In this document: positions 16,175-26,792 of the stretch, in pieces
How the letters are laid out: each line of letters begins with the position of its first letter
Numbering within the stretch: the first letter of the stretch is position 1
Position numbers and translations under genes: made by a program
Assembly: GCA_001784285.1 (NCBI GenBank)
Contig: MFQC01000009.1
Location: 8,828-72,827, forward strand
Direction of reading: 5' to 3'
Source: Candidatus Magasanikbacteria bacterium RIFCSPHIGHO2_02_FULL_48_18
Lineage (GTDB): Bacteria; Patescibacteriota; Patescibacteriia; Magasanikbacterales; UBA922
DNA: 64,000 bases
Notes under the pieces: generated by a model
Seen by the model: the letters and a program-made list of their open reading frames with translations, nothing else
Database searches by the model: none
What the model was told of the DNA's origin: nothing

Positions 16175-18283
16175 ATGCGCCGACGGTACAGTCCCTGCAT
16201 GCAAAAAAAAATACTCATCCCGTTTCTTTGCATGGCGGCGGTTATGGTTTTTTTGTTCTTTGCCCATCGTTCGAGCAATACACTCCGTGATGTATACCAA
16301 AAAAACGAGTCCGTGGCGGTGCGCGATCGGCATGGGGCGCTTCTCTCTGTACTCCCAAACCCCAAAGGATACTACGCCATCTATGCCACCTCGACGCCGC
16401 AATCATTTGCCGAGATGCTCATCGCAAAAGAAGATCGATTTTTTTATGCGCATCCGGGGATCAACCCGATCAGCACAATTCGAGGAGCCATTCGAGCGCT
16501 CGAAAACCGTCCTCCGACATCAAGCACGTTGGCCCAGCAACTGGTCAAAATTTTGCTTGAAAACGAACAAGAGCGCACTGTGCGAAACAAAATAACCGAA
16601 GCATGGTATGCGATTGCGCTTGAACTTTTTACGACCAAACATGAAATCCTCGAGATGTACGCCAATTCGGCTTATTTTGGAAACCAAATCCAGGGCGTTC
16701 ATTCGGCAAGTCTTTTTTATTTTGGCGCGCGTCCGGAGGCGCTCTCGACCGAGCAAACGCTTTCTCTTCTTGCCGCAATGAATGCGCCGTCGGCAGACCA
16801 CCCGTTTTCGGGAAGCAACGCAAAAAAAACCGAACTCCTCGCCAACCGGCTCAATATATCGTTCTCTCCGGATTCCTTTGCGCCGGTCACAATGACGCAG
16901 ACACCGGGCAATTTTTTTGTATCCCCGGAATTTTTTGAACTTCGAACAGCAGGCGTTTCCTGCGCCGCGTCGTGCCGTGTGTCGATTGACGAGGCATTGT
17001 CAAAAAAAATACGAGCCATTCTGAACCGCGACATTGAACGGCTTGCCGAACAATCCGTGCAAAACGGCGCCGTGGTTGTTTTTTCGTTTCCGAAAAATGA
17101 ACTCCTTGCCATGGTTGGTTCGCTCAATCCGCTTTCCGACCTACAGGCAAGCAAAATCAATATGGCCATCCAGCCCCGCCCGATCGGATCCACCATAAAA
17201 CCATTTTTGTTTCTCAAAGGATTTGAACAGGGTTTGCGACCGTATTCGCTGGTCGACGACCGCGAATATAAATACGCCATTGCCGATACGTTTGCGTTTT
17301 ATCCCAAAAACTACAATTACCAATACCATGGCATCGTATCCCTCCAATATGCCCTCGCAAACAGCCTCAACGTTCCGAGCGTGAAAGTCCTCGAATATAT
17401 CGGCCTTGATTCGTTTTACCACTTTTTGGAAGATGATCTCGGATTTTTACCGCTCCAGCCGCTCAATACCTATCAACTCGGCATCGCGCTTGGCGGCCTG
17501 GAAATGGATCTCTTAACCTTGAGTCATTATTTTACGATATTTTCACAGCACGGGATGCTCAAGCCTTTGGAGATAATGCAGGAAAACCCTGGACAACGGC
17601 TGTCCCCTCCCATGGAAAAAACTTTCCCACAACCAAAACTGATTGCCGACGATGCGTACATCCAATTGGTGAATGCAATCCTCAGTGATCGAAAAACCGG
17701 CATAGACGCGTTTGGCCTCGTCAGTCCATTCAATCTTTTCGCGGATAATTACGCGCTGAAAACCGGCACCTCGCGGGAATATCATGACAGCTGGATTATT
17801 GGATACACCCCAGACTTTTTGGTGGGCGTATGGGTGGGGAACGCGGACAATACGGCCATGGACGCGGTATCCGGCCAAAATGGCGCCGGACGCATTTGGC
17901 ACGACGTCATGGAAGTGTTGTTGAATTCTCCCTACCATCGGCGGACGCCATTTCCCGACGATGCGCTCACATCGCTATTGCTGAATGGAACGGCAACGCA
18001 TGGATTGCCCAAAGAAAGGCCGGAAGGCCATCTCAGTATCCTCCTTGACACGGTCATCATCACGAGTCCGCATCAAAGCGACGTTATCCTCCTTGAACCC
18101 CATACGGCCATTCCCCTTCATGCCAAAACATCCGTGGATTGGTTTGTGAACGATGTCTTTTTATCTTCCGGCCCGGACGCGCTGTTTGAGCCAACATCTG
18201 CGGGAACGTACCGGATACGGGCGATGCCAAAAGACGATAAGGGAAAAGAAGAAACCATCACGCTTTTTATTGAAGAAGGATAA
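16175..18283 (+). CDS. pbpC: Bifunctional class A penicillin-binding protein of the PBP1C type (transglycosylase plus transpeptidase).
   Basis: GT51 motifs are present: EDRFFYAHPGINP and RPPTSSTLAQQLVKIL. Transpeptidase motifs are STIKP (SxxK), SLN and KTGTS. The length is about 700 aa, as in PBP1C. ATG 16199 (MQKKILIPFLCMAAV) is an alternative start. Confidence 0.8.
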   Translation: MRRRYSPCMQKKILIPFLCMAAVMVFLFFAHRSSNTLRDVYQKNESVAVRDRHGALLSVLPNPKGYYAIYATSTPQSFAEMLIAKEDRFFYAHPGINPISTIRGAIRALENRPPTSSTLAQQLVKILLENEQERTVRNKITEAWYAIALELFTTKHEILEMYANSAYFGNQIQGVHSASLFYFGARPEALSTEQTLSLLAAMNAPSADHPFSGSNAKKTELLANRLNISFSPDSFAPVTMTQTPGNFFVSPEFFELRTAGVSCAASCRVSIDEALSKKIRAILNRDIERLAEQSVQNGAVVVFSFPKNELLAMVGSLNPLSDLQASKINMAIQPRPIGSTIKPFLFLKGFEQGLRPYSLVDDREYKYAIADTFAFYPKNYNYQYHGIVSLQYALANSLNVPSVKVLEYIGLDSFYHFLEDDLGFLPLQPLNTYQLGIALGGLEMDLLTLSHYFTIFSQHGMLKPLEIMQENPGQRLSPPMEKTFPQPKLIADDAYIQLVNAILSDRKTGIDAFGLVSPFNLFADNYALKTGTSREYHDSWIIGYTPDFLVGVWVGNADNTAMDAVSGQNGAGRIWHDVMEVLLNSPYHRRTPFPDDALTSLLLNGTATHGLPKERPEGHLSILLDTVIITSPHQSDVILLEPHTAIPLHAKTSVDWFVNDVFLSSGPDALFEPTSAGTYRIRAMPKDDKGKEETITLFIEEG

Positions 18284-18285
18284 AA

Positions 18286-21200
18286 TTATTGTTCTCCCTT
18301 TTCAATGGTAAACAGTCCGCCGTTTGTTCTCCCGAAATGTTCCGGAAAATACATTTCGCTTGCCATAGCCGGAAGATGATGAAAGGTCCCGGGAATGAGC
18401 GCGCGCACCGCGTAATCGATTTTGTAAACGCCGGGCGAGGCGTATTCTTTGAAAAGAAACAAGCGGTCATCATGCGTCTCTTGAAAATCCGGATAAAACC
18501 CGTAGGGGTCGTAATACCCGCCTTTGCCATAATACTCGTCGCTGTATTCGGTTTCTTCTTCCGTCTCGTAGCCGGAAAAAACGCTTTTATCCTCGGTCGC
18601 GAGGTTCATATTGACGAGCTCCATGCCGGCAGGAATCATATCTTCAATCGCAATAAAATTTCGCCCTTCAGGAATAGTGACGGTCAGGTGTCCGCGGAGC
18701 ACATCGCCGACCTTGGCGGAATTCAGCGGACGTTCCAGACGGACATCACTGAGCGCGTAGAGTCCTCGCTCGATCGTGAACCCCTGATCGCGCGGCGGTA
18801 TCTGTTCGATGGGTAAAAAATACTTGAGGGCAACGTCATAATACAATGTATTCTTTCGGGAATTCTTTGCCGATTTTGTGAAAGTAAGAGCGTTATTTTT
18901 GTTGAATGGAATATCGCCGAGCGGAATTGCTGTTTCATACTGGTCAAAAATCGTCTCCGGACCAAACGCGTACGATCCTTTCTCGCGCTCATTCAAAGAA
19001 ACTGCCAGGTCAAAGACCGACTCGGTTTCTCTTTGCCACAACAGATAGTCGGTCAAGGCGTCGGCCACAGTGACCGTATTGTTGGTCGATCCCCAGGCGC
19101 CCTGGTTGTCTCTTCCTGCCAACACCCACCGCAGGAGCTTGTCCAAAATATCGTTGTCCCGTTCGTCTTTTGCCAGGGCTTGAATATAGAGCGCCGTATT
19201 TTTTATCGGGGTTTCATAATAGTGATACAACGCTTGTTTGCCCGACGAAACAAAAGCGCCGCGCGCGTCAATGACGACGCGGTTATCCAGTTGTTTGAAG
19301 ACCGTGTCCTTTATTTTTTTACTGTATCCATCCAACACCACCATTGCGAGCTTTGCCAAGGCGACACTGCTCGCGTCTTCCTTAAGGTATTGATCATCGC
19401 CGACCAGCTGAAGAACTTTTTGTTTCATGGCCGACGATTGTTTTCCGTCATCTCCGGTGACAAAGGCGGCAAGAATAACGGCATCGTAATTTTTTGCATA
19501 CATGTCGCTTTGCAAAACCGTTTGACGCACATAGGCGACCGCCCGCTCCACGCTTGACGTATCAACCGAAAAACCAGCTTTATCCAAACGCTTGAGCACA
19601 TCAAGAATATGGATGGTGAGATAAAAATCGCTCGATCCGGCATAATAGCGAAACCCTCCGTCGCTGTTTTGTTTGGTATAGATGTCGCTCAGCCCTTTCT
19701 GAACGAGCGCATCAAGATCATATTCTGCCCCCTCAAAGAAAATCGGGCCAAGCGATAGTTTGTCGCCCACGTTTTTGAGCTGTTTGGCCCGCGCAAAGGC
19801 GGCAATGGTTTCAAGTTTGCTCGCGATTTGTTCCGAACAGCCGTACGGATAGTCAATCATGGACTGAAACGCGTCGCTCAAAAATACGGCGAGGGTCGCG
19901 CTTGCCTTAACCGTCACGCCGCCTTTGTCCGGAACAACATTGCCGGGAATATACACATATTCTTTGGCAACCGGCTGGGCGGTATAATTGGCGGTCGCAA
20001 CGGTTTCGTGCGTCTGATTCGGCGTGATGGGAATTGTACCCTCAACCGTATCGTCATACGCGTCATTTTTGACCGATGCGACAAAGCGGTGAAGCCCCCG
20101 TTCGCGGCCTTTCGGCGCGACTGCGTCAACGTATATCGTTTTGGTTTCGCCCGCCGAGAGCGTGATTTTTTCCTCGACCGTTTCCGGCAAAGACAGCGAA
20201 TCGCTCTTGAGGGTAAACGTCAGCTTTTGTTTTTTGCCGGACTGGTTGAAAACCTTCGCGCCAATTGAAAAGGCATCGCCCGGAACAACAAACCGAGGCG
20301 CAAGCGGGGTCAACATCACGTCTTTTTTGGAGACAAAGTCGGCGTATCCCGCGCCAACCTTGGTATCCTTGGTGACTCCCACCAATTCCGCCTGCCACTG
20401 CGTGAGATTATCCGGAAGGCGAAACGACGCGCTGGCTTTTCCGTTTGCATCGGTTTCAACAACGGCCTGCCAAAATGCGGTGTCCAAAAATGTTCCGCGT
20501 TTCTTTTTGGCAAGATCCCCTTCGTCGCCGCCTCCGCCCCCGCCTTTTCCGGGGGCGATATTCACCTCATGCAAGATATTTTTAATGTTGCTCGCGGTTG
20601 ATACGGTGAGCGGAAATCCATTATAGAAAAAAACCACCGGATTCTTTTTCGGGTTGCCTTTCAGGGCAAGAACACTCATATCCACGACGGCAACGGACAG
20701 TTCGGCTTGCACCGGTTTGCCTTCGTGGTCGCGCACCTCAAACGACAATGCCACGTCTTCTCCCGGAAGATAATTGGACTTGCCGGGTGTGACGTCAATC
20801 GTCAAATCTTTTTGATCGCGTCCGATAAAAAACTCCTGTTCGCCGAATTTGACATCAGGATCCGGCGAGAGAAGAACAACCGACGCGGAAATGTTCGGAA
20901 TATAGGCCTCGGCTATGGGAAACGTATAGCGATACATGTTGCCGGAAATATCGACGACGTCATAGCGATAGATGTTGCCCCGCTCAATGGCAATCAGCGC
21001 TTTTGCCTTTTCATAAGGAGATTGAATGATGATCTCCGCTTCTTCGCCCACGTCAAGCGTCGTATCGTTCACAATAAGGGAAAGCGACGTATCGTTTGAC
21101 GGGCGCACATCGGCAGGCCCGGTTCCATACACATACACGCGCGACGTTCCCGCGACCTCGTTGCCGCGGCCGTCTTTCCCGGAAACGCGCAGTTCATAGG

Positions 21201-24200
21201 TGCCCTCTTCTTCCAGCGTAACCGACTCTTCCGCATTTCCATCGCGGTCTGTTTGTATCGTTTTCGTGACAACAGGGGTGCGTTTTTCTTCCCAGCGATA
21301 ATAATAGCCGCCGTCCACTTCTTTGCGCTTGTATTCAACCCATTCCAGCCTGTTGACGACAAAATTCATGTCTGACACGCCGCGCGGCTTTCCTCGGGTA
21401 TCAACCGTCTTTACTTTTACGGTAAATGGCTCTTTGGGAGTCAAAAACGATTCGGCCGCGCCGACGCCCGCATACCATTCTCCGGCGTGAAGAATAAAAG
21501 ATGCTTCGGTCGCGATGCTTTGCCCGGTGGCATTTTTGACGGTGATATTCACCACAATAATTTTGCTCTCTTGATCGGTTGCATCCGGAAAAAATTTCTT
21601 GAGATCAAGCGCTTCGCGAATAACGGCTTTTCCGTCCGGCGAAAGCGGAATGGTTTTGCGAAAGAGAAAACTGTCTCCATACGAACACTCCCAAAAACAG
21701 CCATACCACCCGGAGCCAAACGCAGTGACATCATCTTCATACCGATCAAAATAATAATTTTGACTGCTCACGGTGTATGTCACTTCTCCCCCTTCAACCG
21801 GCGGACCAAAATAATACGACGCCCCAACGTCAAGAACCATGGCGTCTCCGGAAATATATTCCTGTTTGTCGGGACGCGCGGTCACCTGGAAGGCCGCCGG
21901 CACATATTCTTCCACGTCAAAATAGGCGCAGTCATATTTAGAACACGCGCGATAAGTCCCGAGGGCCGCATCGACGCCCAAATGGAACGATGTCGCAAAC
22001 GTCCCATACGCGGTGAGAGACGCTTCCTTTGCTTCCACCTCTTCTCCTTCGCTGTCAACAAGAGTAATCGTGACGTTTTGGTCTTGAAATATCTCATAGG
22101 CGCCGTCATACCCAACACGATAAATCCCTTTCAGTTCTACCGTATGGCCGGGCCGATAAATGGGGCGATCCGTATACATAAAAATTCTCCTCGCCTGAAA
22201 TGCGGATTCTCGGTAGCGAAAAGCGGTGTCCGACTCGGCGATAAGCGCGGAATCTTGGCCGGACCGAACAACCGCGCCAACCAGACGGTTGGCCGTCTTC
22301 GTCCGCGCAATGCCTTTCTCATCCGTTGTCGAGGTTTCTTCAAGGACAATTCCAAACGCATCTTTTTGCCCGCTCTCGCGATAGAGAGACACAGACGCGA
22401 GAGAGACCGGTGCGAGCGTATGCATGTTTGTCACCCAATAGATATTTTGGAGCGCGTCCAGTTGTTGCCGATTCAACACGTCCGGAGAATCCGGAGTTTC
22501 AAAACGACTCACTTGTTTTTCCAAAACGGACATGTTGGTCACCGTCAGATAGGTGCGCTCATATACCCGCTCGCGCGTGTCTCCCTGCGTCGTATAGTCC
22601 GGATGAGAAAAGGTAAGGACGTAATGCCCAAGAGGCGACGCCACATATTCCTTCACATCAACATGAAAAAAATTCTTTATCCAATATCGCTTTGGAAGCG
22701 CCACCCGATGCTCCGACCGCCCGACACAATCGGGAATCGCCTGCGGCCCAACGGTCGCGGATGGTTTTTGATTGAGATAAAAAAGCATGCGCTCGGGCAA
22801 GAGCTGACAGATCTCCATGTCAATATATTCCAAATTTTCAACCGCGTATGTGAGCGAAGTCTTGGCGGGAGACGTGACGGTGTATTGTTTCTGATACGAA
22901 TAAAAATTTGTTGTATAGGGCGGCAGAGGACCGGTTTTGAATGTCACTGATCGTTCGGCGGTTTGCCCAAAGTGGTCTTCCACGGAAACTCGCACCGTAT
23001 AATCGGTCTCCGGCATAAGGCCGTATCGCAAGCGTGTGGCAAACAAACCTACCGCGCAAGGAGGATTGCTGTTATTGTTTGGAGTGACTCGATAGGACGA
23101 ACCCCACTCATAAAATTGATACGCGGGCGTAATATGTAACACCTCATCAATATGGGCAAGATCGGGTCGGACGAGCGGAGTCGGCGTGCACAGCGTCAGC
23201 TCAGCAAGCGTGTCTTCCGGGTTGGGGGCCATCGCATCAATCCGAAGCGATTGAAACGACGTGATCGCGTATGGAATATCCTCGGTATTCAATTGAAAAC
23301 CTTCTTGATTGACGATTTTTTTCAAAAGAACATCAATGGTTTGCCCTTTTTGAATTTGCGATGCGTCAAAAGACAAGAACAGGCGAGTGCGGTCTTCTTC
23401 TTTTTCACAGGCGATGTCATCGGAAATTTCTTCACCTGGCTCCAATTCCGCGCATTTTTCTCCATACACAATGTTTTTGAGATGGTTGGCTTCAATACGG
23501 GTTTTCCCCAAATCAATATCCTCATAAAACGCAATTGCCAAACTTCCTTCCGGGTCAAACACATCGGTTTCAACCGACGAAGAACGGTCTGAAACCGCAG
23601 TGAGACTTTCCACAATATCGGACGCTACAACCACTGTCTCGCGCTCCTCTTCCAAAATAATGTTTCCTTCTTGGGGGAATGCCTTATTCACCATAAGCCG
23701 GTAGGACGTGTTGAAATCCCAGAGCTTTTTTCGTCCATGACGATCATATTCCTGATACACACGCAAAACCGACGGGTCAATCGCTTCATGCGATGTTTTT
23801 CCGCCGTCGTCCGGCACTCGCATCGTTCCATACTCAACCACGATATTGACGTCTTTCTGTTCCGTCTCGCTATACACGCGAATTTCCTTTTCTGTTTTGT
23901 CCTTATCAACCGGCTGGTTGAATCGAATAATCATGGGCTGATTATATGTGATTCCGTCGCTCGTGAGCGAAACATACCGAAGAACGCGCGTCTGAAACCG
24001 GTGTTCCAAGGGCGCCACGGACAATCCTTCAATCGAGGCAAAATTCGATCCGATACGGACGAGATACTCTGAAGAACGCACAAGATCATCCGTGGGAATA
24101 AACTGAAGATTCCGCGTGCTGATCCAGCGAAATATCCCTTCGGTTTTTGGAGTAATCTCGACAGGGATATCCGCTGACGCTGTCGCATCAATGGTCGTAA

Positions 24201-24771
24201 TCGGGACCATAGGCCGGTTGAACACAATGGTAATGGCGGCATCTTCATTCGTTTCGGAATCTGCCGCCGGAAATATGGCGGACACCGCCGGATTTTCATC
24301 AACAAAAAATTCATGCCGCATCGTGCTTGAGCTTGAGACAAGCGCCAATTCCACCGCGTAATATTTTCCAACGTCCAAATCTTTTTTGGGTTTGTAGAGA
24401 ACGGTCTCTTGGTCGGAGGATTCGAGCCATTCCCCTTTTATGTCAGGATAAAAAGTAATGTTTTCTTGCGCACTCGCAGGCTCCACGCCTTCCGGAAGAT
24501 GAATGGGAATAGGCGCGCTTTTTGACACCGTATCGCTCGTCAACGCATATGCCGTGCCATAGGAACGCCCAATAGGCCCCCGTTTATACTCCTGCCACAA
24601 GGCGTACCCGCCAAATATGAGGATGACAACAATCAAAAAAATACCCGCGCCAACAAATGGCGCCGGCAGAGAACGGCGAGGGGTTTCCAAAGCATCCTTT
24701 CCGACATTTGGACGAATATAATCCCGAAAACGACGAACAAGAGAAAGAAGCGACATAAAAAATATACACAA
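18286..24771 (-). CDS. Alpha-2-macroglobulin family protein, 2161 aa, N-terminally membrane-anchored.
   Basis: A thioester-like GCSEQ motif is present (MIDYPYGCSEQIASKLETIAAF). The protein is large, multidomain and beta-rich. It has an N-terminal transmembrane segment, GIFLIVVILIFGGYALW. It is adjacent to and convergent with pbpC, with the stop codons 2 nt apart. Confidence 0.75.
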   Translation of the reverse strand: MCIFFMSLLSLVRRFRDYIRPNVGKDALETPRRSLPAPFVGAGIFLIVVILIFGGYALWQEYKRGPIGRSYGTAYALTSDTVSKSAPIPIHLPEGVEPASAQENITFYPDIKGEWLESSDQETVLYKPKKDLDVGKYYAVELALVSSSSTMRHEFFVDENPAVSAIFPAADSETNEDAAITIVFNRPMVPITTIDATASADIPVEITPKTEGIFRWISTRNLQFIPTDDLVRSSEYLVRIGSNFASIEGLSVAPLEHRFQTRVLRYVSLTSDGITYNQPMIIRFNQPVDKDKTEKEIRVYSETEQKDVNIVVEYGTMRVPDDGGKTSHEAIDPSVLRVYQEYDRHGRKKLWDFNTSYRLMVNKAFPQEGNIILEEERETVVVASDIVESLTAVSDRSSSVETDVFDPEGSLAIAFYEDIDLGKTRIEANHLKNIVYGEKCAELEPGEEISDDIACEKEEDRTRLFLSFDASQIQKGQTIDVLLKKIVNQEGFQLNTEDIPYAITSFQSLRIDAMAPNPEDTLAELTLCTPTPLVRPDLAHIDEVLHITPAYQFYEWGSSYRVTPNNNSNPPCAVGLFATRLRYGLMPETDYTVRVSVEDHFGQTAERSVTFKTGPLPPYTTNFYSYQKQYTVTSPAKTSLTYAVENLEYIDMEICQLLPERMLFYLNQKPSATVGPQAIPDCVGRSEHRVALPKRYWIKNFFHVDVKEYVASPLGHYVLTFSHPDYTTQGDTRERVYERTYLTVTNMSVLEKQVSRFETPDSPDVLNRQQLDALQNIYWVTNMHTLAPVSLASVSLYRESGQKDAFGIVLEETSTTDEKGIARTKTANRLVGAVVRSGQDSALIAESDTAFRYRESAFQARRIFMYTDRPIYRPGHTVELKGIYRVGYDGAYEIFQDQNVTITLVDSEGEEVEAKEASLTAYGTFATSFHLGVDAALGTYRACSKYDCAYFDVEEYVPAAFQVTARPDKQEYISGDAMVLDVGASYYFGPPVEGGEVTYTVSSQNYYFDRYEDDVTAFGSGWYGCFWECSYGDSFLFRKTIPLSPDGKAVIREALDLKKFFPDATDQESKIIVVNITVKNATGQSIATEASFILHAGEWYAGVGAAESFLTPKEPFTVKVKTVDTRGKPRGVSDMNFVVNRLEWVEYKRKEVDGGYYYRWEEKRTPVVTKTIQTDRDGNAEESVTLEEEGTYELRVSGKDGRGNEVAGTSRVYVYGTGPADVRPSNDTSLSLIVNDTTLDVGEEAEIIIQSPYEKAKALIAIERGNIYRYDVVDISGNMYRYTFPIAEAYIPNISASVVLLSPDPDVKFGEQEFFIGRDQKDLTIDVTPGKSNYLPGEDVALSFEVRDHEGKPVQAELSVAVVDMSVLALKGNPKKNPVVFFYNGFPLTVSTASNIKNILHEVNIAPGKGGGGGGDEGDLAKKKRGTFLDTAFWQAVVETDANGKASASFRLPDNLTQWQAELVGVTKDTKVGAGYADFVSKKDVMLTPLAPRFVVPGDAFSIGAKVFNQSGKKQKLTFTLKSDSLSLPETVEEKITLSAGETKTIYVDAVAPKGRERGLHRFVASVKNDAYDDTVEGTIPITPNQTHETVATANYTAQPVAKEYVYIPGNVVPDKGGVTVKASATLAVFLSDAFQSMIDYPYGCSEQIASKLETIAAFARAKQLKNVGDKLSLGPIFFEGAEYDLDALVQKGLSDIYTKQNSDGGFRYYAGSSDFYLTIHILDVLKRLDKAGFSVDTSSVERAVAYVRQTVLQSDMYAKNYDAVILAAFVTGDDGKQSSAMKQKVLQLVGDDQYLKEDASSVALAKLAMVVLDGYSKKIKDTVFKQLDNRVVIDARGAFVSSGKQALYHYYETPIKNTALYIQALAKDERDNDILDKLLRWVLAGRDNQGAWGSTNNTVTVADALTDYLLWQRETESVFDLAVSLNEREKGSYAFGPETIFDQYETAIPLGDIPFNKNNALTFTKSAKNSRKNTLYYDVALKYFLPIEQIPPRDQGFTIERGLYALSDVRLERPLNSAKVGDVLRGHLTVTIPEGRNFIAIEDMIPAGMELVNMNLATEDKSVFSGYETEEETEYSDEYYGKGGYYDPYGFYPDFQETHDDRLFLFKEYASPGVYKIDYAVRALIPGTFHHLPAMASEMYFPEHFGRTNGGLFTIEKGEQ

Positions 24772-24789
24772 GAACTTTTATGTATCGTC

Positions 24790-25641
24790 TCACAACCCAA
24801 TTTTCCTGTCAATCAAGGCATTTGCCAACTGCACCCACTGTTCTGCCGAGAGCGCTTCGGCGCGAATTTTTTCATCGCGAGAGACCTGCCGAAAAATCTC
24901 CTGAATACGCGACGGCGGGACGTTGAACTCTTTTGCAATTTGCGGTATTGCCTGTTTTCGCTTATGGGCAAAACCGGCCCGGACCAAACGGAAAAAGAAA
25001 TCATCAAACGCGTGAGAGCGGCTTTTTTCTTGAATATCACCAATGGCGACAACTGCAGAATCAACCTTTGGCACCGGCCAAAATAATTCTTTTGGCACAT
25101 ATCCTGCAATGCGCGGACGGCCAACATATTGAACCGACACGGCCAGCAAACTCATATCCCCCGGCTTCGCGCATATGCGATCCGCAACTTCTTTTTGCAC
25201 CATGACCACAATAGTTCTCGGACGTTTTTCGAGCGTTAAAATCATCCGAAGTATGTTGCTGGTGATATGATACGGGAGATTGGCCGCCACAACATATCCT
25301 GCCGGCAATGTGTCCGCCATTTTCGGAAGCTGATACAACGCATTTCCCCAATGGATGGTTATGTTTTTTTGTTGCGCCGCCTGCTCGTCCCAAAACGGGC
25401 GTATCTTTTTCTCAATTTCAAACGCGATCACGCATTTCACGCGCGCGGCAAGCGGGAGAGTGAGGACGCCGAATCCCGGCCCAATTTCGACAACGGTGTC
25501 ACTCGGTTGAAGATTGGCCGCGTCAATCATTGTTTGAATAACATGATGAGACAATAGATAATGCTGTCCGTAGTGTTTGCTTGGAGCAAGATGATATTTC
25601 TCGCATAGTTCTTTTAGGTGAGAAACAGACATATGATTCAT
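24790..25641 (-). CDS. rsmA: 16S rRNA (adenine1518/1519-N6)-dimethyltransferase.
   Basis: Motifs VVEIGPGFGVLT and NLPYHITS are present. The likely start, MNHMSV, overlaps the upstream stop as ATGA at 25638-25641. The track ORF extends to 25707. Confidence 0.85.
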   Translation of the reverse strand: MNHMSVSHLKELCEKYHLAPSKHYGQHYLLSHHVIQTMIDAANLQPSDTVVEIGPGFGVLTLPLAARVKCVIAFEIEKKIRPFWDEQAAQQKNITIHWGNALYQLPKMADTLPAGYVVAANLPYHITSNILRMILTLEKRPRTIVVMVQKEVADRICAKPGDMSLLAVSVQYVGRPRIAGYVPKELFWPVPKVDSAVVAIGDIQEKSRSHAFDDFFFRLVRAGFAHKRKQAIPQIAKEFNVPPSRIQEIFRQVSRDEKIRAEALSAEQWVQLANALIDRKIGL

Positions 25642-26792
25642 AATGAAACCTCCTCCAGTTTCAATCCCGCGTCCGTATACCGATTCGCCGCATTCCACAA
25701 AAGCCACCCCGCGTCGGTAGCGGTTTCCACAGCATCAATTTGGGCGCGGATATTCTCGGCGCCATAGATTGCGCCAAGATGAAACGCCTGAATCCATGGA
25801 CGAATCTTTGCCCGCTTACCGGCGACATATGGCATCCCCTGTTCCATGCCATGCGCGATCACTTCTCCCGGAAACGCCGCGGGATTATCGAGCCCGAGAT
25901 GCCCGGCCGGATAATGAGAGGGATACATCATGGGAGAAATATAATCAACCGAGTCAACCGCGTCTTCCAATCTCTGCCCGATATTCATGCCGTCATGGCG
26001 CTCCATGACAAACCCAAACATATCAACCGAAATCCATGCCGGTTCTTCCGCCATCTCTTGGCCTAAAAAAAAGAAAAAATCACCCATTACATCATACGAA
26101 GGACGCGTCTCATCATGATACACTGCGGTACTGATATCGCCATCGGATGGAAAGCGAACATAGTCAAAATTAATTTCGTCAAAGCCCAAGGAAACCGCCT
26201 CTTTTGCGATTGCTATATTATAGTTCCACACGTCGGTCACGCTCGGGTCAACCCACGCCAAACCTTTATGATCGCGCCAGACCCCTCCGCCGATTTGCTG
26301 GACCGCCCATTCCGGTTTTTTTTCAGCGAGCAATGGATCTTGAAATACGGTCTGTCGAGCAATCACATACATATTATGCTCATGCAAAAGAGAAATGAGC
26401 GCGGGAAGGTCATGAATCCTCTTTTTTTGAGTGCCAAGGGCAGCCACGGCGGGAACCGAACTCTCATATAACACGCTCCCGCTATAATCTTTGATATCAA
26501 TGATGACCGCGTTCAATTCGGTCGCATCAGAGAGCGCAATAATTTCTTTAATTTTTTCTTCACGCGACGCGGAGTACGCCGTGAGATAGACTCCTTTGAC
26601 CGTTTTGGCCGGCGGTTTTTCTCTGTTTTGTTCCATTATTGTTTCATCGACCGAAGACGCCATCGCAAAAGAAGGAAAAGGCAGGGTGCGCGACACCAAA
26701 ACAACGAGCGAAAAAATAACTGCAACAATTGACGAAAAGAAAAAGAGCAGAAGAAAGAAGAGCGCGCGAAAATGGCTGGAGGAGAACATCAT
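25638..26792 (-). CDS. Putative glycoside hydrolase-like TIM-barrel protein (DUF4015-type), membrane-anchored.
   Basis: An N-terminal transmembrane segment is followed by KGVYLTAYSA...LNAVIIDIKDYSG, characteristic of the GH-like or DUF4015 family. A 4-nt overlap with the upstream MFS gene is present. Confidence 0.55.
   Translation of the reverse strand: MMFSSSHFRALFFLLLFFFSSIVAVIFSLVVLVSRTLPFPSFAMASSVDETIMEQNREKPPAKTVKGVYLTAYSASREEKIKEIIALSDATELNAVIIDIKDYSGSVLYESSVPAVAALGTQKKRIHDLPALISLLHEHNMYVIARQTVFQDPLLAEKKPEWAVQQIGGGVWRDHKGLAWVDPSVTDVWNYNIAIAKEAVSLGFDEINFDYVRFPSDGDISTAVYHDETRPSYDVMGDFFFFLGQEMAEEPAWISVDMFGFVMERHDGMNIGQRLEDAVDSVDYISPMMYPSHYPAGHLGLDNPAAFPGEVIAHGMEQGMPYVAGKRAKIRPWIQAFHLGAIYGAENIRAQIDAVETATDAGWLLWNAANRYTDAGLKLEEVSL

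Noticed and set aside
21487-22950. The 487-aa plus-strand ORF inside the alpha-2-macroglobulin gene, and other nested ORFs within the giant genes (for example 12741-13559+, 27997-28737+, 54151-54873+).
   Set aside because: They are antisense to strongly supported CDSs and have basic, low-complexity translations with no start context.
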